DNA of 64,000 nt, taken from NCBI GenBank assembly GCA_019057795.1, contig JAHLWS010000068.1:27377-91376 (forward strand). The letters run 5' to 3'. The DNA is from Promethearchaeota archaeon. Its GTDB lineage: Archaea; Asgardarchaeota; Lokiarchaeia; Sigyniarchaeales; SOKP01. Positions 20,777 to 29,034 of the stretch are shown here, piece after piece. The first letter of the stretch is position 1. The number at the start of each line of letters is the position of its first letter. Under the pieces are notes generated by a model. The model was given only the letters and a program-made list of their open reading frames with translations. It made no database searches and was not told where the DNA came from. The position numbers and the translations under genes are program-made.

Positions 20777-21943
20777 TTAAGTATCTTCCCTTAATTTTTT
20801 CTCAGTAATATCTTGAGCAATGACTTGGATTAAAATCTCTTCATGCAATCGAATTAATGTAGCTGTGTAACAAACCCATATTAATTTTCCTTCCTTATTA
20901 TAACCTTGAATTTCGCTTTGTTCTACATCTTGTCCTTTAATTAATCGCTCGTATACTTTATGAAGAATGGATAAGGTACTTGAAGGTAAAGCCATGAGTT
21001 GTAGAAAGTTTTTACCAACCAAATCTTCTTTTTTGTACTTAAACAACTTATAAGTAGCATAATTACAATCTATTATAGTACCTCCAAAATTTAAGATTAC
21101 TACTGCGTTTGGGGAAGTTTGGAATAAGTGCCGAAACTTTTTATCCGAATCTTTTAAAGCTAGTATTTTCTCACGATATTTATTTTCTAAATCCTTTTCT
21201 AGGTTTTCATATTTTAATATATATTCTTGTATTTCTTCATCGAATTTTTTTTGTTCTTCTATTTCTCTAATAACTGAAATAAACCTAAAATTTTCATTCT
21301 CCATAAAAACGCCCCCTTTTGCCGAGACTAAGATGTAATGTCCATCTTTATGGCGAGTTCTGTATTCTGCTGAACGAAGCTCCCCCTTATTTATTGCTTC
21401 CTCGAGTTTTTTAATAATTTTGGGTAAATCTTCTGGATGGATAAAATTAAACGCGTTTAAACCTATCAATTCTTCAGGTTGATAACCAAATAATTTGAAA
21501 GTTTGAGGACTACAATAAAGAAATGTACCATCTGAATCTATTTCCAAAATTACATCCAAAATATTGTTAATAAGATAACGATATTGGTCCAATGTATTCT
21601 TTTTAACTACTCTTTTACGTTTATCTTTATCCAAACTAGTTAATTCTGATTCAGAAGCGCTAAGATCGTCTAATTTTTGTGTTTTCTCGTAAAAATTTTT
21701 AATTTCGTTCAGTTCTACAGTAATTAATGTATGATTTGTATGGACTCTTTCAAACGATTTTATTTGATTTTGATTAGTCGGATCGTTCGGATTAATGGTT
21801 ATATATTTCTTACATCTAACACACGCTCTAACTCTAATTTCCTTCTCATCCCATTGTTGTTGAATAAAATGCAAAAATGATCTTAAACTTATACTATTAT
21901 TTGTAAAAATTTTAAAATAATTAAACTTTATCTGTAACCTCAT
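20777..21943 (-). CDS. Tandem PAS/PAC sensor with an N-terminal CxxC..HxxH module and no output domain
   Basis: Two PAS domains (FGYQPEELIG..FNFIHPEDL; FKYKKEDLVGKNF) ending QDITEKK. The start is uncertain (ATG 21943 or ATA 21892). Confidence 0.8.
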   Translation of the reverse strand: MRLQIKFNYFKIFTNNSISLRSFLHFIQQQWDEKEIRVRACVRCKKYITINPNDPTNQNQIKSFERVHTNHTLITVELNEIKNFYEKTQKLDDLSASESELTSLDKDKRKRVVKKNTLDQYRYLINNILDVILEIDSDGTFLYCSPQTFKLFGYQPEELIGLNAFNFIHPEDLPKIIKKLEEAINKGELRSAEYRTRHKDGHYILVSAKGGVFMENENFRFISVIREIEEQKKFDEEIQEYILKYENLEKDLENKYREKILALKDSDKKFRHLFQTSPNAVVILNFGGTIIDCNYATYKLFKYKKEDLVGKNFLQLMALPSSTLSILHKVYERLIKGQDVEQSEIQGYNKEGKLIWVCYTATLIRLHEEILIQVIAQDITEKKLREDT

Positions 21944-21954
21944 TTTTTTTGACT

Positions 21955-22046
21955 TTTCCCACCTTCCTAAGATTTTGACGCACACGCCGAGCAAATCTGC
22001 TGCAAAAGCAGATTTTCCTTAAGCTTCGTCGTAAAAGGGAGGGAAA
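21955..22046. ncRNA. Candidate structured RNA or palindromic element (nested hairpin)
   Basis: Nested pairings TTTCCC/GGGAAA, CCTT/AAGG, TTTTGACG/CGTC..AAAA and AAATCTGC/GCAGATTT form a GC-richer island in AT-rich DNA. Confidence 0.35.
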
Positions 22047-22339
22047 TAAATTAAACTCAATTTTGAAATAATTAGTTTTAAAGCTCTTATGATATTTTGG
22101 AACGAAAATAAGAATCTAATTTATTTGTCTTATTTTTTGTCTTATATCTCTTTTTCCCACTAGATCCAACCGAACATTTCGAAACATACGATCAAAGCGA
22201 GGTAATTAACGAACTTGGCGACTTTAGATGATATTCCGAAAATTTTTAACATTATACCAATACCACGAAATAGCAAATCCCTATTTTCAAATGGGCGAAA
22301 TTCTATATAAATTAAAAAAAAGTAAAGAAATTGATTTAA

Positions 22340-23299
22340 TTAAAAATTCGAGTAAATCATAAATTTGTTTGCAGAACCTAAACTGTAAATTTCGAATTTG
22401 CTACCGCGCTTTGTCTCGCAAAACATTTGGATCATCGGAAAAAGATATATTTGCGTGGTGATTTGTGCTTCCTTATCTTTTGAGTGACTTTTGTAGTCGC
22501 TTCCTGCTGAATTAATCGTTTTTTTAATGTTTTTATTCCAATAACCTAAAGAGGCTTCCGCTTTCGACTCTAGATCTTTAAAATCGTTAAATCTTATACC
22601 CTCAACTTCTTCTATAATTTGGTGAAGATCTCGCTCAATTTCTTTTTCGTATTTTGTTTGTGCGCTGCTATGGAGTACTGGAATTCCAGTAACGACAGTT
22701 TTAAAAGGGACGGGTAGAATTTGATATTTAAACAAGCTTTTATGACCTTCACAATCATTACATTTTACTTTACTCGTACCTGTGCCAAAACAGACCCCAC
22801 ATGGATAAGAAAACGGTTTATTCTCCTTTTTCTGTTCTTCACCAGTTAACACAGTCAATTTTTCTTCGATTTTTCCTGTTCCTTTACATGTTTTACATTT
22901 TTCTTCTATAAAACCTTTACCGCTACATTTTTTACAAGAAACTGCTTGAATTGTTTCGTATGTAGGTACTTTTTCATCGCCTTTCCAATTTTCTTTATTA
23001 AGCTTACCTGCACCCTTAAAAGAGTAAAATGTTTCTCTCACAACTCTTGGGGCAAGAACAATTTTTTCTTCCGTACCTTTGGGTACCGCACCAATAGTTT
23101 TTTTAATCGCAAAATAAATTGCGGCTTCCTTTTGGGTATCTTTTACGTATTCCGCTGCACTTACAGCGTCTAACGAAAAAACAGCACCTTTGGTGCCAAA
23201 TTGTTTTTCCATCTTTTTCTTATCTTTTCTTATGGCACGTTGCTTCCACTTTTCAAAAATTTCGTCTAAATTAGGAGTCTTTATTCTTACATCTGGCAT
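22340..23299 (-). CDS. DnaJ-type Zn-finger (CxxCxGxG x4) protein without a J-domain, SSUH2-like
   Basis: CKKCSGKG, CKTCKGTG, CGVCFGTG and CNDCEGHK; the C-terminal QIYLFPMIQMFCE...FEIYSLG pattern resembles the SSUH2 C-terminus. Confidence 0.7.
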   Translation of the reverse strand: MPDVRIKTPNLDEIFEKWKQRAIRKDKKKMEKQFGTKGAVFSLDAVSAAEYVKDTQKEAAIYFAIKKTIGAVPKGTEEKIVLAPRVVRETFYSFKGAGKLNKENWKGDEKVPTYETIQAVSCKKCSGKGFIEEKCKTCKGTGKIEEKLTVLTGEEQKKENKPFSYPCGVCFGTGTSKVKCNDCEGHKSLFKYQILPVPFKTVVTGIPVLHSSAQTKYEKEIERDLHQIIEEVEGIRFNDFKDLESKAEASLGYWNKNIKKTINSAGSDYKSHSKDKEAQITTQIYLFPMIQMFCETKRGSKFEIYSLGSANKFMIYSNF

Positions 23300-23419
23300 A
23301 ATAATATCACATTAATTTTTTAATACTTGAATATATTTATTTAATAACTTTAGAATTAAATAAATATAAAATAGAATAATTTATAATTTTATTAAAACTA
23401 AATTAAAAAAAAAAAGAAA

Positions 23420-23581
23420 ATGTCAACAGAAGAGCGTCAAAGTGTAGAATACTTCTTACAATGGATTAAACAAGGAGGATTGAAGGATTGGATTCAGCAC
23501 TTCATTGACCAAGGAGATGAGGTAAAGTTAAGGCAAGTAAAAGATATTTACGATAAAATCAAAACTGTTTTTGGATTTTAG
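23420..23581 (+). CDS. Small 53-aa amphipathic helical protein (below the ORF-track cutoff)
   Basis: MSTEERQSVEYFLQWIKQGGLKDWIQHFIDQGDEVKLRQVKDIYDKIKTVFGF*; coding-like GC within AT-rich spacers. Confidence 0.55.
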   Translation: MSTEERQSVEYFLQWIKQGGLKDWIQHFIDQGDEVKLRQVKDIYDKIKTVFGF

Positions 23582-23719
23582 TTTCTAATTTTTGTTATTT
23601 TAGTTTAATAAAAGTTCTTAAAAATTGAACGGTTTTTCTTTTGGCTACTCCTTCTAAAGATTAAGAGATTTTTCAAGCGAAAAAAAAAAAGAAAATATTA
23701 ATTGTTATAGGTTTAAGAA

Positions 23720-24120
23720 TTAATTCGAGATTTTGCTATTTTCAAGCGAAAAAAAAGGTTTAGTAGAAAATACTCTTTTAAACTTTGAATTTTCTTTTAA
23801 AAAAATTGGAATATCTTTTATAGGATTATTTCGTAAATCAAAAGTACTCAATTTTAAAGTCTTGAATATGTCTGGAATTGACTTTAAATTATTATTCTTT
23901 AAATATAACGATCTAAGATTCTTAAGATTTCCAAATGACACGGGTAAACTTTCTACCTGATTATAGGATAAATAAATTGATTCCAATGAAGTTAAACTCC
24001 CCATATTAGACGGAAGGTTTTTAATATTATTGTTTATTAAATACAACCTTTTTAAATTTTAATATTATTGTTTATTAAATACAACCTTTTTAAATCACTA
24101 AGTTTTCCAGTAATTGGACT
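23720..24120 (-). pseudogene. Leucine-rich repeat protein fragment, frameshifted by a 38-bp tandem duplication
   Basis: LxxLxLxxNxLxxLP repeats; duplicated unit at 24023 and 24061. Confidence 0.8.
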
Positions 24121-24494
24121 AGCGAAAAGTTGGCATATATAAAAATACTTAGAATTAAACCGACTTGAAACGCATTCAAACCTAAAGATAACCCTAAAAA
24201 TGGGATTATGGGCATCACACTGCTAAATCCTAAAACTTCCGTAAATTGGATCATGAAAATGATTAATAGGCGTTTATCGAACTTTTTATCTTGATCTGCT
24301 TGTAGCGAACTAATTAGTCTTCACATCACTAAAAATTGATATCAAAAATTAGCTTTTATAGGAGAGAGATGTAAATAAATTAAGTTTTATGTCTATATAA
24401 AATTAAAATTATGACTTTTTTTTTGGCGTAAGTCTTAAAAAAAATAATATTTAAATAACATAACAATGAAAACATTATATGTAATACGACAAAT

Positions 24495-25157
24495 GTGTTA
24501 AAAATAATGGAGTTGATTTATGACTTGGACGAATTAAAAAAATCAATTTTAGAAGGAGATCCAGAATTAGCTGAAGAGTTAGCTAAAAGCATTCTGGAAT
24601 CCGGAGTTAGTAGTTTGAAGGCTATCAAAGATGCAGTAATTCCAGGCATCCTTGAAGCAGGAGAGCTTTGGAAACAAGGTGTGTACTTTGTTCCAGACAT
24701 AGTATTAAGCGCTGAGGCTTTTAAAAGCGCAATGGCAGTCCTTGAAAAAGAACAAACTGGTGCTAACAGAAAAAAAGTAGGAAAGTTTCTCATTTGTTCG
24801 GTTGAAGGAGACATTCACGACCTTGGTAAGAATATTGTAAGTTCAATGCTCAAGGCATCAGGGTTCGAGATTCATGATATAGGCGTAGATGTCCCCATTT
24901 CAAAGTTCATTGAGAAGGTAAAGGAGGTCCGACCTGATATCGTTGGGTTAGGTGCCTACATGAGTACGACTGCTGCAACTATTAAAGATTACATACAAGC
25001 TCTTGAGAGTGAAGGTTTGAGAAGCGGTCTAAAAGTGATGGTTGGAGGGGTCAGGATAAGCGAGCAGTACGTGAAAGAACTTGGCGCTGATGAATGGGGA
25101 AGAGATGGGGTTCATGCAGCGGAAAACGCTTTGAAACTCATGGGGGGTGAGAGCTGA
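24495..25157 (+). CDS. Corrinoid (cobalamin-binding) protein, MtaC/MttC family
   Basis: Cap domain plus EGDIHDLGKNIV (DxHxxG) and VMVGG. Confidence 0.92.
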   Translation: MLKIMELIYDLDELKKSILEGDPELAEELAKSILESGVSSLKAIKDAVIPGILEAGELWKQGVYFVPDIVLSAEAFKSAMAVLEKEQTGANRKKVGKFLICSVEGDIHDLGKNIVSSMLKASGFEIHDIGVDVPISKFIEKVKEVRPDIVGLGAYMSTTAATIKDYIQALESEGLRSGLKVMVGGVRISEQYVKELGADEWGRDGVHAAENALKLMGGES

Positions 25158-25159
25158 GT

Positions 25160-26440
25160 ATGTCACCTACTATAGGAGAAGCATTGAAGGGAATATTATA
25201 TACGAAGGGGTTGAAATTCATCAAGCTCACTCCTGGAAGTAGGGCTGTAGCTTCTATGTTTGGAAAACCAGACTATTTCCCATCACTCGCTGCCCAGATG
25301 CATGTTCATTCGATGTCCGTAGCTAAGGCCGATCCAGAGAGGTTCATCTACACGGATGGCCGATATTGCACTGGTGTACAGATATCCGTGCAGAAGTGGT
25401 ACGGTTTCGAACAACCCGCGTTATTTCCCCCCGGAAATTATAATTACGAAGTTGAAGCATTAGGGGGGAAGGTCAAAAAAAGTGGAAATCATATGCCCTC
25501 CCTAGATCAATCGGATCCATTGATTAAAAATCCAGAGGATATCGAAAAGGTCAAAGTTCCGATTGAAAGAGATTCAGGGAGCATTCCCTATGTTATAGAT
25601 TCCTATAAAGCAATTGAAGAGTTTACAGGATCTAAAGGTCCTGGTTATGTCACAGCGCCTTTCAGTTTTATTTGTGGCATCCATTCATATGTCAGAGTGA
25701 TTCGAAATATTAAGAAGAATCCAGAGTTCATTCATAGACTTTTAACATGGAGTGTTGATGAAGTATTACTACCCTTTATGGAGCTTCTCAAAAAGGAAAC
25801 AGGGTTTAAAACCTACACCGCTCCTGATGCATGGGCGGCAGTACCGAATACTAATAAGATGATACTTGAGGAATTTATCTTTCCATGTTATGAATACTTT
25901 GCTGAACAAGCTAAGAAGAAAAAACTAAGAGTAGTTGCCGCAGGCGCTGGAGATTATTGCGAAGAAAATCCAGATCGATTCGATCCCGAGTTCATGAAAT
26001 GGTGCTGGTACCAAATGGGAAAGTCATATCTAGGTAGACCAGCTTTATTCATGGGAATGGGTCAAACTCAACTTTGGCCCATTGATGTAATGAAGGAATA
26101 CATCGAAGAAAATACTACAAAAAAGTGGAGACCACCGATAATTGCTGGTTGTAGTGCTAGTTTCATAAGGGATGCTTCACCTCAAGATATTATCGATTAC
26201 GTCAAAAAAATCATTGACAATCTTGGCAGAGAGGGAAGCATGAGCTTTATGCTCATCCAGGTACCAGTTGATACACCGCCATTGAACGTACACACTTTTA
26301 ATAAGGCTGTCAAGGTTTATGGGAAATATCCAATAGCTGAAAATTTGGACGATATTGAGTACACTCCCCCTGAATACAAAACATATGAAGAGTGGTACAA
26401 AACTGCCGTTTCTGAAGGAAGAGCACCAGATTATGAATAG
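25160..26440 (+). CDS. Uroporphyrinogen decarboxylase-fold methyltransferase (MtaA/CmuA family)
   Basis: YNYEVEALG, APFS, KKNPEFIHRLL, EEFIFP and VPVDTPPLNVH. Confidence 0.8.
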   Translation: MSPTIGEALKGILYTKGLKFIKLTPGSRAVASMFGKPDYFPSLAAQMHVHSMSVAKADPERFIYTDGRYCTGVQISVQKWYGFEQPALFPPGNYNYEVEALGGKVKKSGNHMPSLDQSDPLIKNPEDIEKVKVPIERDSGSIPYVIDSYKAIEEFTGSKGPGYVTAPFSFICGIHSYVRVIRNIKKNPEFIHRLLTWSVDEVLLPFMELLKKETGFKTYTAPDAWAAVPNTNKMILEEFIFPCYEYFAEQAKKKKLRVVAAGAGDYCEENPDRFDPEFMKWCWYQMGKSYLGRPALFMGMGQTQLWPIDVMKEYIEENTTKKWRPPIIAGCSASFIRDASPQDIIDYVKKIIDNLGREGSMSFMLIQVPVDTPPLNVHTFNKAVKVYGKYPIAENLDDIEYTPPEYKTYEEWYKTAVSEGRAPDYE

Positions 26441-26494
26441 TAAATTAATTTATTTTTTTTATTTTTTTTTCTAATGTAATTATTCTAAAAGAGC

Positions 26495-27412
26495 TTGAGA
26501 TTAATGTTCAAATACGATAAAGAGCAGGAGATCTATAATATAGCCGGGGTGAAATTAGGAGGTCAGCCAGGCCAATTACCAACTGTATTGTTTGGAAGTA
26601 TATTCTATGACGGACATGATATCGTCAAAGATGCAAAGAAAGGTGAGTTTGACAAAGAAAAAGCACAGCAACTTATCAAAACTGCGGAAGAGCTGTCAGA
26701 TCAGACGGGTAACCCAATAATTTTTGATGTATGTTGTTCGTGGCCCGGTGCTTTTGAGAAGTTTATTGATTTTGTGGCTCACAATAGCGATAGTCCATTT
26801 GCGATAGATGGGACTACTGCTGAGGTAAAGATGATTGGGGCTAGATATGCTAAGGATACTGGATTATCTTCAAGGGTTGTTTACAATTCGATAATGCCAC
26901 ATGCAAAGGAGGATGAAATAGTGGCAATCAAGGAGTCAGGAATCGAATCTGCGATTTTACTTACTCTAAACACGACAAAACCTACACTTACGGGTAGACT
27001 TGAGGTCATGGATGATGTGCTTAGTATTGCACAACAGGCAGGAATCACCAAACCAATTGTGGATACAACTGTTATCGATAAACCGGATATAGGTCCCATT
27101 AGTAAAGCCATCCACATGGTCAAGGACAAATACGGAATCCCTACAGGAGCGGGTGTACACAATGCAGTTGCCAGGTGGGCTGAAATGAGTGATTTATCCC
27201 CTAAAAAGCAGGATCTTGCAAGCGCAGTTGCCAACTCATTTCCAATAGCTTATGGAGCAGATTTTTTGCTATATGGACCAATCGATCAATCAAAAGAGGC
27301 TTTTTTCACAAGTTCCTTGGCTGATGCATATGTTGCGTTTAATGCAAGACAGGAGTTCAGAATGCGCCCGTTAACAAGTGAACATCCATTGATGAAGATT
27401 TTCAGAACTTGA
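26495..27412 (+). CDS. mtrH: MtrH/CmuB/MtgA-like methylcorrinoid:pterin methyltransferase
   Basis: MFKYDKEQEIYNIAGVKLGGQPGQLPTVLFGSIFY, GADFLLYGPI and HPLMKIF. No other mtr subunits are adjacent. Confidence 0.88.
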   Translation: MRLMFKYDKEQEIYNIAGVKLGGQPGQLPTVLFGSIFYDGHDIVKDAKKGEFDKEKAQQLIKTAEELSDQTGNPIIFDVCCSWPGAFEKFIDFVAHNSDSPFAIDGTTAEVKMIGARYAKDTGLSSRVVYNSIMPHAKEDEIVAIKESGIESAILLTLNTTKPTLTGRLEVMDDVLSIAQQAGITKPIVDTTVIDKPDIGPISKAIHMVKDKYGIPTGAGVHNAVARWAEMSDLSPKKQDLASAVANSFPIAYGADFLLYGPIDQSKEAFFTSSLADAYVAFNARQEFRMRPLTSEHPLMKIFRT

Positions 27413-27438
27413 GATTGAATTTTATTAAATTTACTTTA

Positions 27439-27816
27439 CTACTCTCTCTTGACATTTCCTTTAAACGATGAAAATTGATTAAATATCTTTGCATCCCCTT
27501 CAATCTTGGCAAAAATATTGACCGGTGATGCTGCTCGTGGTTTTTCATCTTTACTCACGGGAGTTGGTCCAAAAAAAATGCAGAATCCTTTCCCATCGGG
27601 CCAATATCCAATATCACCTACTTCACAATCAACCTGTGAATTCTCCTTTTCAATTGAGACTGGGATTTCTCCATAGAGTTCTTCACCCCATCTAGACAAA
27701 TTCAATTCAAAAGGCAGTTTATCCCATATTGCCTTACAAGTTTCAGGATTTTTATTAGTCAGTAATTTAGCTTTAATTTGACCAATTTTCTCGTTTTCAA
27801 TAATTATGTAATCCAT
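27439..27816 (-). CDS. Cyclophilin-like fold protein (DUF369/TM1367-like)
   Basis: PET...IWDKLP...RWGEELY...GDIGYWPDG..FCIFFGPTP.S...PRAASPVN. Confidence 0.85.
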   Translation of the reverse strand: MDYIIIENEKIGQIKAKLLTNKNPETCKAIWDKLPFELNLSRWGEELYGEIPVSIEKENSQVDCEVGDIGYWPDGKGFCIFFGPTPVSKDEKPRAASPVNIFAKIEGDAKIFNQFSSFKGNVKRE

Positions 27817-27946
27817 AAAATAATCACTAAAATAAAGAATATTACATTAGATAATTACCTTTCATATTTAAACAGAGTTTTAATAAACAATAAGATTATT
27901 AAACATAATAAAAAGAAGATATTAAGGGAATTTAAGTTGAAATTTT

Positions 27947-28744
27947 ATGATCTTAGAGAGCACCGTTAAACTTGTTCTAGATATCTACAAATATCATAAA
28001 ATCATACCACCAAGAGTCAGCAAAGTAGTTATTGGGTTGGGATATACGGGCGTTGAATTAGAAGCATTAGCTTACGGTCCCTTTTTAGGGTTAGCGGCGA
28101 CTCTACCCGCTATGATACAATCAACCGATTGGCAAGAAGATAATCCTTTTACTGAAGAACAAAATCGAGAAAATTATAGTCTAACTTGGCTTTTTAGTTC
28201 GGGAGACCAAAACAGATTAAATACTGATTTTCAAAGTTACGTTAAAAATAAAGAAGATGGCATAAAACGGAGGCTGAGATTAAGCAACGTTGAAGACGCA
28301 CCAGAAGACGTTCTAGACGCGCTCGATAGATATAGAAAAGAAGTTTACAACAAAATCTTAGCAGATTTAAGGGGCAAACAAGCTGCGCCTTCAATGGCTA
28401 TTACGGGGAGCTCAAATTACAAAGGTAACTTCGACAAAAGAGAAAGCATCGAAAGAAACGCGTACGAGAAATACAAAAAAGTAGATAACGCGGTAGATAG
28501 GGTCGTAGGGCAATACGCAAACTTAAAAAAAATCAGAACCGCTGAGGAGAGAAGGCAAGAATACCGAGAAATGATCACGCCTAAATTAATAGAAGCTAAG
28601 GCAAAAGGAAAGAAAGCGTTTTCTTACCTTGATAATAGATGGTACGACATAATTAGAGTGAACAAGAAATCCATAACGGTTCGTTCGGATTTTATGGGAG
28701 ATTTTACGATATACAAGCACTTCATCAAATCAATTGAGAAATAA
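27947..28744 (+). other. Chimeric ORF: N-terminus of a DUF4213/DUF364-type gene fused to a phage/plasmid-like domain
   Basis: The first ~61 aa (MIL...RVSKVVIGLGYTGVEL...LGLAATL) match the DUF364-family start. The remainder (APSMAITGSSNY...WYDIIRVNKKSITV) resembles DUF3560/polyvalent-protein domains. Confidence 0.55.
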
Positions 28745-29034
28745 CGAGGTTAAGAAATTGGCTAAAAAACTCCGATACCTTTTTCCCCAAGATCCTGACC
28801 AGCAAAACCCTTTACAACAAGCTATTTGAAGAAATCTGATTCTAATTTTCAAGAATAGTGTTTGGAATCGAATTTAAATTTTTAACTTGACATTTTGTTA
28901 AAATAATCATTATCTTTGATTTTATTTGACTTTAGCAGCAATTTTGCTATAATTTAATAAAAATATAAAAATATAAAATAGAATAATTTATAATTTTATT
29001 AATTTATAATTTTTTTTATTTTTGAGTTTTTCTT

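Noticed and set aside
22060-22300. Possible decayed paralog of the PAS protein's N-terminal module on the plus strand
   Set aside because: There is only a faint resemblance across several frames, which cannot be supported by eye.
25155-25160. TGA read-through fusing the corrinoid protein to the methyltransferase (CmuA-like fusion)
   Set aside because: The next gene starts 2 nt later in a different frame and has its own GGTGA RBS.
26495-27412. Evidence of methanogenesis (Mtr complex)
   Set aside because: Only an MtrH-like gene is present; stand-alone MtrH homologues are common methyltransferases in non-methanogens.
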